Source of the DNA: Bdellovibrionota bacterium | GTDB lineage: Bacteria > Bdellovibrionota_G > JALEGL01 > DATDPG01 | Direction of reading: 5' to 3' | DNA length: 64,000 nt | Assembly (NCBI GenBank): GCA_963668355.1 | Contig: OY764265.1 | Coordinates: 896,001 to 960,000, forward strand | Shown here: in pieces, positions 47,558-57,467 of the stretch | How positions within the stretch are numbered: position 1 is the stretch's first letter | How the letters are laid out: every line of letters starts with the position of its first letter | Notes under the pieces: model-generated | What the model was told of the DNA's origin: nothing | The model's input: only the letters and a program-made list of their open reading frames with translations | Database searches by the model: none | Translations under genes and position numbers: made by a program

Positions 47558-48946
47558 ATGCTCCGCAACTTCGCAATCGTCATCTTCATTTTCATGGTCT
47601 TTATTCCCTTGGAAGCACCGGGAAAGACCTGGAAAAATCAGCTGGAACCCGTCCTCAAGAAATGGAACCTTCCTTCGGATGCCTATGCCATCCGTCTGGA
47701 ACGGCTGGATTCAGGGAAAAACCTGTTCTCTCATCAGGAAAAACAGGCATTTAATCCCGCCTCTACAATCAAACTTCTCACGGCGGCAAGCGCCCTCTCC
47801 GAACTGGGCCCGAATCATCGATTTCAAACCAGACTATTTCAAACGCAGACTCAAGCCTGTTTGAAAGGTGGCGGAGACCCCTCTTTGGTCAGCGAGCGGA
47901 TGTGGCTTTTGGTACGCGAGGCCATCCGAAAGGGGTTCAAAGAAATTCCAGGGGATCTTTGGTTGGACACGTCATTGTTTCCACGAGAGAAGTTTTCCCG
48001 TCACTTTCAAGGGGATCGGAATCGTGCGTTTACGGCCCCCATCAGTTCTTTGCTCGTCAACTTCAACTCGTTAACCATTTTTGTTTCCCCCACCACCCTT
48101 GGAAAACCTGCATCCATTCAACTTGATCCCCATTTGCCTTGGTTCCACATCCATAACCGAACTCGAACCCGAAAGAAAACGAACCGAAAGTCCGTAGATG
48201 TATCGATTCAAGAAACTTCCAAGGGTCAAATGTCTGTCGACACATGGGGAAGCGCTGGACTTAACCGAGGGGAAATCACTCTCTATCGCAATGTTCCCTC
48301 CCCTGCAGACTATGCAGGCCACCTCTTCATTGACCTGTTCAAGAAAGCCGGAGGAACCTTCCAGGGAAAAATTCTGCAAAAGAATTGCCCGGCCCATGCA
48401 ACCGAGGTTCTCGAATTCTCTTCCGTTCCCCTTTCCCAAATTGTGTTTGGCATGAATAAATTCTCAAACAACGTCATTGCCGAAATGCTCTTACGGGCTG
48501 TGGGCAAAGAACCCACTCGGGAAAGTGGACTACAAGCCCTTCGAAACTGGTTGAACGCATCAAACATCAGCGCGCCGGAGCTCAAGCTGAATAACGCCTC
48601 GGGTTTGTCTCGCAAAAATCGCATTTCTGCGAAAAGCTTGGCGGCCATCATCCGCACCGCAGCCAATGATCTTCGCATCGGGCCGGAATTTTTAAGTTCT
48701 CTCGGCATCGCGGGAACCGACGGAACCCTGAGGCGTCGATTAAAGGATTTTCCTCAGGCAAATCGAATCCGCGCCAAATCGGGACGATTGGCGAATGTTG
48801 TCGCTTTGGCTGGCGTTGTCGACACCCCCAAGGTCGGAAAACTGGTCTATGTGTTTTTTTCCCGGCCGGCTCAAAAACAAGCTTGGAACGCCCAAAAAAT
48901 GGAAGAAGACCTACTCAAAGCGATCATTGCATACAATGGTCAATGA
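47558..48946 (+). CDS. dacB: D-Ala-D-Ala carboxypeptidase/endopeptidase PBP4
   Basis: PASTIK (SxxK), GGGDP, KFSNN (SxN), ASGLSR, AKSG; signal peptide. Confidence 0.93.
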   Translation: MLRNFAIVIFIFMVFIPLEAPGKTWKNQLEPVLKKWNLPSDAYAIRLERLDSGKNLFSHQEKQAFNPASTIKLLTAASALSELGPNHRFQTRLFQTQTQACLKGGGDPSLVSERMWLLVREAIRKGFKEIPGDLWLDTSLFPREKFSRHFQGDRNRAFTAPISSLLVNFNSLTIFVSPTTLGKPASIQLDPHLPWFHIHNRTRTRKKTNRKSVDVSIQETSKGQMSVDTWGSAGLNRGEITLYRNVPSPADYAGHLFIDLFKKAGGTFQGKILQKNCPAHATEVLEFSSVPLSQIVFGMNKFSNNVIAEMLLRAVGKEPTRESGLQALRNWLNASNISAPELKLNNASGLSRKNRISAKSLAAIIRTAANDLRIGPEFLSSLGIAGTDGTLRRRLKDFPQANRIRAKSGRLANVVALAGVVDTPKVGKLVYVFFSRPAQKQAWNAQKMEEDLLKAIIAYNGQ

Positions 48947-48962
48947 GCTAGGATCCGGCTGT

Positions 48963-49565
48963 ATGAAGCGTTTACTTCCTTTTCTTTTACTGTTTTTGTG
49001 GACCTCTGTCCTGGCCTCCGACGTAAAACTCGACCCGGCCGACCAGAAAGCTTTGGAAGCTCTGGAACAGCAAATCACCGATCTTAAACGAGACGTGCAT
49101 TTGTCAAAAATGCGTGTTCATGAGCTGGAAGAGGCCGTGTTGCGCGGCAAGATTACCGGCTCGAAGGCGCACATCGTCTTTGACAACCAGGCGGAAGGCT
49201 TCTTCGCATTTGTTTCGGCCGAGTTCTTTCTGGATGGCGATTTAATTATGAAAGTAGACGGGAAGGGAAGAAAGTCTCCCTTAGAAAAACTCGACGTTTT
49301 TGACAAAGACCTACCTCCCGGAGAACACACGCTTGAAGCCAAGATCAACTTCGAAGGCAACGAAAAAGCCATTCATACGGCCTTTTCTTACTTCAAAGAC
49401 CACAAGTTCCGGGTTGAAACCCGCGAAAAGTTTCCTGTGGAGTATGGAAAAACAACCTTGGTCAAACTTACAGCCATCGATCAGGGGTATTTCAAAACTG
49501 AGTTGAGTGAAAGACTCCATTTAAAATTCGAACTCTTGAAGAACTGGGGAAGCACCCTCCCGTAA
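48963..49565 (+). CDS. Secreted coiled-coil + beta-sandwich hypothetical protein
   Basis: Signal peptide ending VLA; LEQQITDLKRDVHLSKMRVHELEEAVL; PPGEHTL; FSYFKDHKF; directly precedes the giant TPR gene. Confidence 0.7.
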   Translation: MKRLLPFLLLFLWTSVLASDVKLDPADQKALEALEQQITDLKRDVHLSKMRVHELEEAVLRGKITGSKAHIVFDNQAEGFFAFVSAEFFLDGDLIMKVDGKGRKSPLEKLDVFDKDLPPGEHTLEAKINFEGNEKAIHTAFSYFKDHKFRVETREKFPVEYGKTTLVKLTAIDQGYFKTELSERLHLKFELLKNWGSTLP

Positions 49566-49576
49566 GTCGCAAAATT

Positions 49577-52500
49577 ATGGGGAAATATTTCCAATTCTTT
49601 TTCGTTTCATGCTTTCTCCTTCCTGGGATGGTCTGGGCTACTTCCACGCAGGAATTGGAAGATCGCATTGAGGTTTTTGAAAAAACCCAGCCGCACGCAA
49701 CAAAACCCATCACTCCCCGCATGGATGTTCTGGATGAGGTCCGAAAAGCCTATATCAGTCCAAGATTGTATCGCCGCATCGCTCAAAGATATCCAGATGC
49801 AAACGAGGAGCTGGCGTATCGCCTGGCTCGGCACGCATACCTTCTCGACAAAAACCCGGAGGCCCTTAAGTGGATTTCCAAAATTGGGAATTCTCCCACC
49901 GCCGCCCATTGGCAATCTGCAGGAAGCTATCTTCAAGGAGTCATGGCCCTCGATCAAAACCAACGCCAGAAGGCCGAGGAACATTTTATTCGAGCCAAAT
50001 TACAGGCCACACGAAAAGTTGTAAAAGACGCTGCCTCTCTCGCCTTGGCACGTCTGGCCTTTGACCAAGGAAACTATGAAGAAGCACGAACCCTGTATAG
50101 CAGCGTCGAATTTTCTTCGGACTTGCATGAGTATCGACTGGAGGAATCTGCTTGGGCGGATGTTCTAAGCCATCGACGCGACCTCGCAGCCACGGAAATC
50201 GAACTCTTGTTCATGCTTTACCCAGATAGCCCCAGGCTTCCGGAATCTGGACATCTTCTGGGTCGACTTCGAGCCAACCAAGAAAGTCTTGGCCGGGGGA
50301 TTGAGGCCCTGAATCAAATGACGGTTCGATTCGAGTTGGAAGCCAAGAGCATGGAGAAAGCCCTTCGAAAGTTTCAAGGTCAGGAAGAGTTGCTGTTTTC
50401 AGAACTGGAACCCCGTCTTTCAACGACGGGGGTTCATTTTCACCTCCCCCCCTATGGCCGGGAACTATTGAATCGAGACCCACTGATTCGAATTTACTTA
50501 GGAGCCCTAAAACAGGTCGACGACATGATCTGGGATCTAGAGGAACAATTGGCCCTCACCGAAGGCACAGAGTTGGCCCTCAAAGGACAAGAGGGCACGA
50601 CCATTGAAAGTGTGATGTTCCTCCATTGGATCAATGCTTTGGAGCAGAACATCCTCTTGCTGGATGCTGAAAAGGATTCAAAGAAAGTTGTCCGCCTGTC
50701 GACTTGGTTCAAAGAATTGGACCACGAGTTAAACAATTCCGATCGCACCATTCGAAACCTTTATGAAACGGCCAGACATACCTGGCTCCTTTGGAAAGCT
50801 CTCTCCGGAAACCGTCAAGACCGTTCGATTGAAATCAAACAGCGTGTTCGAAAAGAGCTCCAGCAGGTCAGAAAACATCGGGAAAGACTTTTGCACACAA
50901 AGTATGAGACCGAAGCCCTCTGGCTCAAAGCCCAGAAAGCCCAAGCCCAAACCGAACGGTCTCGACTCCAAAAAGTCCGACCTTACCCCGAAGATCCCCG
51001 GACTCCTTTCTTGCTCAGCCTGGACAAACTCCGAACGCGAGTTGAGCGACGCGCCAAACACTATGTAAAAAAATTGCGACCCTGGGTTGCACCTCGAAAG
51101 GCCAAAATTCAAACCCTTTTGAGGCGAGCCCAGATGGCTCGAAGAAACATTCTTAGAACATCCCGTCCCCACATTCGGAAGGTGCTTGCACAAAGCTATA
51201 GAGAGCTTGTGGCCGCGCTTGCGCGCTATCGATGGAGCATGTCAGATGCTAAGTATGAACTCTTTCGTCGAACGGAAGGAGAGGCCCACAAACTTTCCAA
51301 GGTCCAACAAAACACCATCAATCAATTGGAAGAAAGTTTAGCCCATGCAACGGAACTTAGAATTCCGACTCCCGCCAAGCCCTCTCTCTGGATAGAACCC
51401 GGCGGCAACGTGGAATTCCTAAAACGCATTGAAGACTTCCTTTACTATATGCAAGCCACCCAAGAGTACTTGCATGAGATCCAAGGATTCACCAACCAAT
51501 ACACTGAAAAAGAAAAGCATCGCTACGAACACTTTCTTGAGCTCCAGCGCACAACATCCTTAAAAAAAGTTGAAGAAAGACGAAACGAAGCCATTTTAGC
51601 TTACCAAGACTTTTTAAAAAACAATGAGGGAAGCTCGCGAGCCCCCTATGCTCTTTATCGCATCGCCCAGCTTTACTATGAGCGAGCGAAGAAGAAAGAA
51701 GACTATGAACTGGTCGTCCCACCTCTCCAAAAAATTTACCGATCTTTTCCCAAATTCCCTCATCGCGACGCAGCTCTGTATCTTCTCGGATACACGCTTT
51801 TGGAAACGGGCAAACGAAAAGAGTCCTCATCGGTTTTCCAAAAGTTGGTTGCCGAATTCCCCCGAAGTCGCCTGATTCCTGAAGTCGAACTTCGCATTGG
51901 AGAATATTATTTTTCCAAACGAAATTATGCCGAGGCCATCGCTCACTATCAGGCCGTCCTTTCATTCGGGTTTAATTATTTCTATGACAAGGCCCTTTAT
52001 AAGTTGGCCTGGGCCAATTACATGTTGCATCGATACGATTCGGCCATCGCCCATTTCTTGATTCTTTTGGATTATAGCGAGGAACTTTCAGATGAACGTC
52101 GAGAACGATTTGTTCAGTTTTCCGATGAAGCGATTGAATACGTGGCTTTTAGTATGTATCGCTCCGGGGGACGCCAATCTGCCATTCGCGTGTTTCAGCG
52201 CGTGGGATGGAAGCCTTATGCCTTAAAGATTCTGGATCGACTCGCCTCCATTCAGCGAGATCGTGGTCAAAAGCAGAAGGCCGCAAAGACTTATGCCCTC
52301 GCAATCGAGAAGTATCCCTCGGCGCCTGAAACGCCTACGTTCATGAAACATCGAATCGCTTTGTTGGAAGAAACTGGAAGAAGACGTCTGGCCTTCTTAG
52401 AGATGGAACGGTCCAGAAAACTATTTGCCGCCAATGGCCCCTGGAGGGAAACCAACGCATCCAACACCAACGCGTACAAAGAAGCAGATGAACTTCTTGA

Positions 52501-55183
52501 GCAGGTCACCTATAGCATGGCCACAGGCCACGAAGCCCGGAAAGAATTTCGCCGCGCAAAAAAACTTTACCAAGAGGTCATCGAACGCTTCCCCGAAACT
52601 CGTTCCGCCTACGATGCCACCTTTCGTTTGGCTGAAATGAATTCCAACGAAGGAAAGTTTCTAGAAGCCATTCAAAATTATGATGTGGTCGCAAGAAACG
52701 ATCGATTCAGTCACTATTTTTCCGAAGCTCTTTTTGCCATCGTGGTCTCCCGAGAAAAACGCATTCAACAAAAAGGTGGTTTGGATGCAGTCATTGTAAA
52801 ATCTGAAACACAACCTCCGGCTCTCGCCCAAGAGTTGATTCAATCCATTCAAAATTTTTCGATACGAGCCCCCCGAGACTCTCGGGTTCCGGAGGCTTTG
52901 TATCGGGCTGCCTTTGTCGCCAGCCGTACCAAGCAATATCAGAAATCCAAAGAGATCTATCTACACCTTGCAAATGTTTATCCATCCAGTCCCTGGCGAA
53001 ACCAGGCTTTCGTGGCCGCAGTAGACGCAATGATTGCCGCAAAGGAATGGAAAGAAGCCTACACTTTGGCCCATCAAATCCTGGAAGACACACCTGATCT
53101 ATCTTCGGATCTCCGTACGAAGGTTCTGGCTTTGGAAGAAGGCGCACGTTTTAAGGAAGCCGAAGAGTTCGCAGAGAAGAAAGAAAGCCTCAAGGCTCAG
53201 CAAGCCTACTTAGCCTTCCAAGCTGACTTCCCCAAAAGCCCCTTTGCATCCAAAGCCTTATTCAATGCATTCATCATGACGAAGGCCGAGAAGAATTTCG
53301 ATGAGGGCTTCAAAATTCTCGCAAAGCTTATCGGCCAGTATCCAAAAGCTGAAATGATTGGCCGCGCCTACTTGGAACGAGCACTTCTTTTAGATCAGTT
53401 TTTGGATATTGATCGTGCCATCCTAAATTACAAAGTAGCCCTAAAGTACAAACTCGACATTCAAGAGCGGGCAACCGTCGCGGGAAATTTAGCTCTGCTT
53501 CTCGAAGCTCGACCGCAACTGAAAAACCGATCGAGTTGGTTGTTCCAATTGGCCAAGAAACTACCTGAACCCAAGCGGGGACAAATCGAGCTGAAGGCAG
53601 CAGACCTGGCCAAGGAAAACCAGCTCACGAAAACTGCCATGTCTGCCTGGCGAAACCTCATGAATCGAAAAGGCGTTGATCCCCGAACACGAATCTTGGC
53701 TGCAGCCAAAATGGCCAGGCATCTCTGGACCTCCGGAAAACGCGTCGAAGCCACCCGAATTCAAAAGAAGGCCCTGAGTTGGATTCGACAGAACTCAAAC
53801 AATTCTGATGTAGAAGTCGTTGAGGCCCTTGCCCTAGCGGAGTCAGCTCATCTCCAAGCCGATCGGAAACTCCTGAAACAAACCCGTCTCAATACACGAA
53901 CCCAAAAAACCCTGGTTCGCACATTCAAACGCAAAGCAGAAATTCTTCAGAAAATGGAGAAGGCCGTTTTGAATTTGGTGTCCATGGGCTCCCTTAAATC
54001 CAGCGCTCGTTCCCTCTACGATTTGGGCCTCGCGTATCTTGATTTTGTCACGGATCTCTATGGCTCTGCCCCCAAAGGGATGAAAAAGGAAGAATTTGAA
54101 CCCATGGTAGAGGCCCTGGTCAAACCCATTGAAAACAAAGCCAAAGACGCTTTTGCAAAATCACTTAATCTCCTCAAAGAAAGTCGTCTTCCCGAGCCCT
54201 ATCTTCCTTCGCTGGTTGAGACCTATATTTCATCTGGCGGAACAGCTCACCCCCTGCCCAAACAGCAGTCCATGTGGGCCTGGCCAAGAATCCCTGAGGC
54301 TCCGCCTTTTCAACAAGATCAAAAGCCCTCTAAATCGGAAATTGCTGCTGCGCCTTTTCTTCGTGGCCTGGTTCTTTTGGCTGCGGAAGGGAGCAATCGT
54401 CCGGCAGCCGCCGCAGAAGTTTTGAAGGGATTATCCACCCTAAAAAATATTTGGGATTCTTCCCAACGTAGGGAAGCTTCCGAATCTTTTGGAAAGGCCG
54501 TGCTTTTGGACCCGACCTTTGTTCCGGCGGCTTATAATCTGGCCATTCTCTATCTATTCGATGGAGATTTTCGAAAGGTGGAGCAATCTTTAAAGTTCCT
54601 CCACAAAAAAGAAACTTCCTCTGAATTGTCACATCTGGAAGGGGTTTATTCGATGCTTTTGGGAAAATGGGATCAGGCTGCCCACCACCTGAAAGAGGCA
54701 CATCAACATGATCCAGGCAATCTTCCTCTCCAATTGAATTGGATCCAGGCTTCTCTTCTTTCTGGTCGATTGCAGGAAAGCATGAAGGCCTCCCGAAAGT
54801 TTATCCGAGAACACCCGAAAGCCGCCGAAGCTTATCGAGCCTTGGCCGCGAGCTACCGGGCTTCGGGGGATCTCCTTTCAGCTCAATTTGTGTTGAAAAG
54901 AGCCCGCGTTTCCCACCCCGAAGATATCAGCATCGCCCAAGATTTGGCGCTAACACTGGAACGCCCCGATGATAATCTTCTTAGATCCAGTTTGTTAAAA
55001 TTTGCTTCACGATCCGAACACCCCGAAGCTTTGGCCAACTGGGCGACCTTAGCCTTTCGCGTAGGTCGATGGGTAGAGGCTGAAAAGGAATGGAAAGATG
55101 CAGCTTCGGGAATTGGGCGTTATCATCCAGCCATTATGGCCAATCTGAAATTGGTTCAGACGCTACTGGAGAAAAACCCATGA
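49577..55183 (+). CDS. Giant exported TPR protein (GltD/AgmU-like with fused N- and C-terminal TPR modules)
   Basis: 1868 aa; signal peptide; many TPRs (ALYRIAQLYYE, ELRIGEYYF, ALYKLAWANY); GltD-like end motif around 53920-54180; a further TPR block follows. Confidence 0.8.
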   Translation: MGKYFQFFFVSCFLLPGMVWATSTQELEDRIEVFEKTQPHATKPITPRMDVLDEVRKAYISPRLYRRIAQRYPDANEELAYRLARHAYLLDKNPEALKWISKIGNSPTAAHWQSAGSYLQGVMALDQNQRQKAEEHFIRAKLQATRKVVKDAASLALARLAFDQGNYEEARTLYSSVEFSSDLHEYRLEESAWADVLSHRRDLAATEIELLFMLYPDSPRLPESGHLLGRLRANQESLGRGIEALNQMTVRFELEAKSMEKALRKFQGQEELLFSELEPRLSTTGVHFHLPPYGRELLNRDPLIRIYLGALKQVDDMIWDLEEQLALTEGTELALKGQEGTTIESVMFLHWINALEQNILLLDAEKDSKKVVRLSTWFKELDHELNNSDRTIRNLYETARHTWLLWKALSGNRQDRSIEIKQRVRKELQQVRKHRERLLHTKYETEALWLKAQKAQAQTERSRLQKVRPYPEDPRTPFLLSLDKLRTRVERRAKHYVKKLRPWVAPRKAKIQTLLRRAQMARRNILRTSRPHIRKVLAQSYRELVAALARYRWSMSDAKYELFRRTEGEAHKLSKVQQNTINQLEESLAHATELRIPTPAKPSLWIEPGGNVEFLKRIEDFLYYMQATQEYLHEIQGFTNQYTEKEKHRYEHFLELQRTTSLKKVEERRNEAILAYQDFLKNNEGSSRAPYALYRIAQLYYERAKKKEDYELVVPPLQKIYRSFPKFPHRDAALYLLGYTLLETGKRKESSSVFQKLVAEFPRSRLIPEVELRIGEYYFSKRNYAEAIAHYQAVLSFGFNYFYDKALYKLAWANYMLHRYDSAIAHFLILLDYSEELSDERRERFVQFSDEAIEYVAFSMYRSGGRQSAIRVFQRVGWKPYALKILDRLASIQRDRGQKQKAAKTYALAIEKYPSAPETPTFMKHRIALLEETGRRRLAFLEMERSRKLFAANGPWRETNASNTNAYKEADELLEQVTYSMATGHEARKEFRRAKKLYQEVIERFPETRSAYDATFRLAEMNSNEGKFLEAIQNYDVVARNDRFSHYFSEALFAIVVSREKRIQQKGGLDAVIVKSETQPPALAQELIQSIQNFSIRAPRDSRVPEALYRAAFVASRTKQYQKSKEIYLHLANVYPSSPWRNQAFVAAVDAMIAAKEWKEAYTLAHQILEDTPDLSSDLRTKVLALEEGARFKEAEEFAEKKESLKAQQAYLAFQADFPKSPFASKALFNAFIMTKAEKNFDEGFKILAKLIGQYPKAEMIGRAYLERALLLDQFLDIDRAILNYKVALKYKLDIQERATVAGNLALLLEARPQLKNRSSWLFQLAKKLPEPKRGQIELKAADLAKENQLTKTAMSAWRNLMNRKGVDPRTRILAAAKMARHLWTSGKRVEATRIQKKALSWIRQNSNNSDVEVVEALALAESAHLQADRKLLKQTRLNTRTQKTLVRTFKRKAEILQKMEKAVLNLVSMGSLKSSARSLYDLGLAYLDFVTDLYGSAPKGMKKEEFEPMVEALVKPIENKAKDAFAKSLNLLKESRLPEPYLPSLVETYISSGGTAHPLPKQQSMWAWPRIPEAPPFQQDQKPSKSEIAAAPFLRGLVLLAAEGSNRPAAAAEVLKGLSTLKNIWDSSQRREASESFGKAVLLDPTFVPAAYNLAILYLFDGDFRKVEQSLKFLHKKETSSELSHLEGVYSMLLGKWDQAAHHLKEAHQHDPGNLPLQLNWIQASLLSGRLQESMKASRKFIREHPKAAEAYRALAASYRASGDLLSAQFVLKRARVSHPEDISIAQDLALTLERPDDNLLRSSLLKFASRSEHPEALANWATLAFRVGRWVEAEKEWKDAASGIGRYHPAIMANLKLVQTLLEKNP

Positions 55184-55458
55184 GGTGGGGATTTATTCTA
55201 CTCACTCTGATGTATTCTTTCTCGACGCTTGCCGAAGAATCCAAACAGATTGAACAACGACAAAGAGTTTTTGAAAGCCTTTCTCGAGAGATGGCCGGAA
55301 ACGCCGTTGAGTTAAAGGAGCTGGAAATTCGGGCAAAAATTTATGAGCCTCAGGTGGTGTACATCTTGGACCGATCACGCATTGAAGTGCACTTCAAAGA
55401 GGACGAACTTAACTTCATTCCCCGAATCTCTCGTGTGATTGAGGAAAATATTTTCTAA
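55180..55458 (+). CDS. Small exported protein, GltF-like
   Basis: Signal peptide; LEIRAKIYEPQVVYILDRS...FIPRI......IF; lies between the TPR and TonB-C genes with overlapping stop/start codons. Confidence 0.65.
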   Translation: MRWGFILLTLMYSFSTLAEESKQIEQRQRVFESLSREMAGNAVELKELEIRAKIYEPQVVYILDRSRIEVHFKEDELNFIPRISRVIEENIF

Positions 55459-56750
55459 TGGGTAAATCTTTCAGAATCTACATCGAGATTGAAAAGGGGA
55501 TTTCCCCTTTCAATCGATGGACATTCGATCATCCCAAAACGCTATCCATAGGATTCACACCAGACTCAGACCTATGGCTCCTGGATGGCAGCGCCGAGGC
55601 CAAACGTGAAATATTCTTTCGGCATGGAAAAGAACTTCGCTTAAGAGTTCTTCCCTCTCTCCAAGGAACGCTTCAAGTTGAAAAAAAGGAACTCTCCTTT
55701 CAAACCCTGCGAGAAGCTGGTTTGTTCAAAACCGATCGAAAAGGAGAGTATCTCCCCATTCAAAATCAAACCACGGGACGATTGGTTCTGGGGGCCTCCC
55801 TTTTGCGGTTTTGGGTAAAACCCGAACCTGAAGAACCTGAATTTCCTTTGCACCCGGTATGGTTACGATTGCTCAAGTCCATCCCCGTTTTGTCTTGCCT
55901 TTGCTTTATTGCCGGATTTGTCATCAATCTTTCATTTGTAAGGTTCATTTCCTCACTTCCGCCTTCTCCGCAACTCACCATTCATGAAGTCAGTCGAAAA
56001 GTGGCTCGGATCTCGATTCCCAAAAAAAATTATGTCGAGAAAAAATATGGTGCCTTGGGCAAACCTCGAAAGCTCAAACCCAAATTGAAGAAGGAAAAAA
56101 AGCAATCGAAGGAGGCCGGAATTAGCCGTTCCGCCATAAAGGGGTTTTTGGCCGCCGCAGTACAAAAAGGATCTGGAAAGGCGGGGAAAACGAATTCTCC
56201 CTTTGCGGCTCTGTTCACGACAGAATCTCTCGCAGCTGACCTGGGAGGGCAGTTGGGAGAAGGAGCCATGGACAAGATGCTCTCTGAAAGTCTACGCAGC
56301 CTGGAACGCACGGGACCCAGCACAGAAACGGGTTCCTCTACCCTGGGAATTGGCTCCATTCGAGAGGGTGGTTTGGAAACTGAGGCATTGGGGCGAAGGG
56401 CGAGCCGCCCCGTGGTTTCTCGCCTCACCGCAACCCTTCCACGGGGGGGAAGCCGAGTCAATCGAGTGGCCTTGGAAGAGGCTGTGGCCTCTCGACAGGG
56501 AGAGCTACGCACATGTTATGAGCAAGCCTTGGACCGGAACCCAAATCTTTCTGGAAAAGTGGTGATTGAGTTGAGGATTGCGCCCAACGGCTCCGCTCAA
56601 GATGTTGGGGTGGCTCAGTCCTCCATCACAGACCGAGGATTCCATCGTTGTTTGATTCGTCAAATCGGGACCTGGACATTCCCGGCCACCGGAAATCTAA
56701 CGGATCTCGTTCGCCTTCCCTTTGTGTTCTCTTCGGCTTCACGGGGATAA
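55458..56750 (+). CDS. GltG-like protein: cytoplasmic domain, TM, linker, AgmX/PglI (TonB-C-like) C-terminal domain
   Basis: Single TM; Gly-rich linker; ELRTCYEQALDRNPNLSGKV...CLIRQIGTWTFP....VRLPFVF. Confidence 0.85.
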   Translation: MGKSFRIYIEIEKGISPFNRWTFDHPKTLSIGFTPDSDLWLLDGSAEAKREIFFRHGKELRLRVLPSLQGTLQVEKKELSFQTLREAGLFKTDRKGEYLPIQNQTTGRLVLGASLLRFWVKPEPEEPEFPLHPVWLRLLKSIPVLSCLCFIAGFVINLSFVRFISSLPPSPQLTIHEVSRKVARISIPKKNYVEKKYGALGKPRKLKPKLKKEKKQSKEAGISRSAIKGFLAAAVQKGSGKAGKTNSPFAALFTTESLAADLGGQLGEGAMDKMLSESLRSLERTGPSTETGSSTLGIGSIREGGLETEALGRRASRPVVSRLTATLPRGGSRVNRVALEEAVASRQGELRTCYEQALDRNPNLSGKVVIELRIAPNGSAQDVGVAQSSITDRGFHRCLIRQIGTWTFPATGNLTDLVRLPFVFSSASRG

Positions 56751-56844
56751 GAAAGAATTCAAAAAGCCTTTTTTCGATCCATCTTCTTGGATGTGTTAAA
56801 ATGTAAACTTCTTAAATCGAACCAACGAATCAAGGACGACAACT

Positions 56845-57441
56845 ATGAAATTCAAAGGGTTTTCACTCATCGAGCTCATGATCACGGTAACCATCGTGGG
56901 AATTTTGGCAGCCATCGCCATCCCCATGTATTCCAAGTACATCAAGGGAGCTCGCACTTCCGAAGCCATCAGCAATTTAGGTGCAGTTGCCATGTATGAG
57001 GAAACCTATTTTTCGGAGTTTGACCGATATACGTCGGCAGCAGCCAACCCAACTTCGGTCCCGGTTCCTTCAGATCCTGGAGGGAAGAAAGCGTTCGATA
57101 ATTCGTTGCAAGGTTGGGTGAGCCTTGGACGGGTTATTCCAAACAACACCCAACTCTACTTTCAATATGAAATTGTTGCGGGACAGTACGACTCTGGAGG
57201 AACGGCTTTCACAACCCCTCCAGAATTGGTCAGCCCTTCCACGGGAAAAGTTCCTGGAAACAGTTATTGCACAAACTCCGGAATGAGTCTTTCCGCCGAC
57301 AGCTTAGAAATTCCCGCCACGCCCAATTCCAACTGGTTCTATGCTACGGCTGTGGCCGACCAAGATGGAGATGCCAAATGTTCGCTCTTTATCAAAGTCA
57401 TCGATCGAAACGAAATCGTCCGAGAAAACGAAATCGAATAA
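56845..57441 (+). CDS. Type IV pilin (PilA/PilE-like)
   Basis: KG^FSLIELMITVTIVGILAAIAIP prepilin motif; C-terminal Cys pair. Confidence 0.92.
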   Translation: MKFKGFSLIELMITVTIVGILAAIAIPMYSKYIKGARTSEAISNLGAVAMYEETYFSEFDRYTSAAANPTSVPVPSDPGGKKAFDNSLQGWVSLGRVIPNNTQLYFQYEIVAGQYDSGGTAFTTPPELVSPSTGKVPGNSYCTNSGMSLSADSLEIPATPNSNWFYATAVADQDGDAKCSLFIKVIDRNEIVRENEIE

Positions 57442-57467
57442 AAAACCAGAGTTTCTCTGCTTTTTTA
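57439..57467. terminator. Bidirectional terminator candidate
   Basis: TAAAAAA-C-CAGAG-TTT-CTCTG-C-TTTTTTA between convergent stop codons. Confidence 0.55.
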
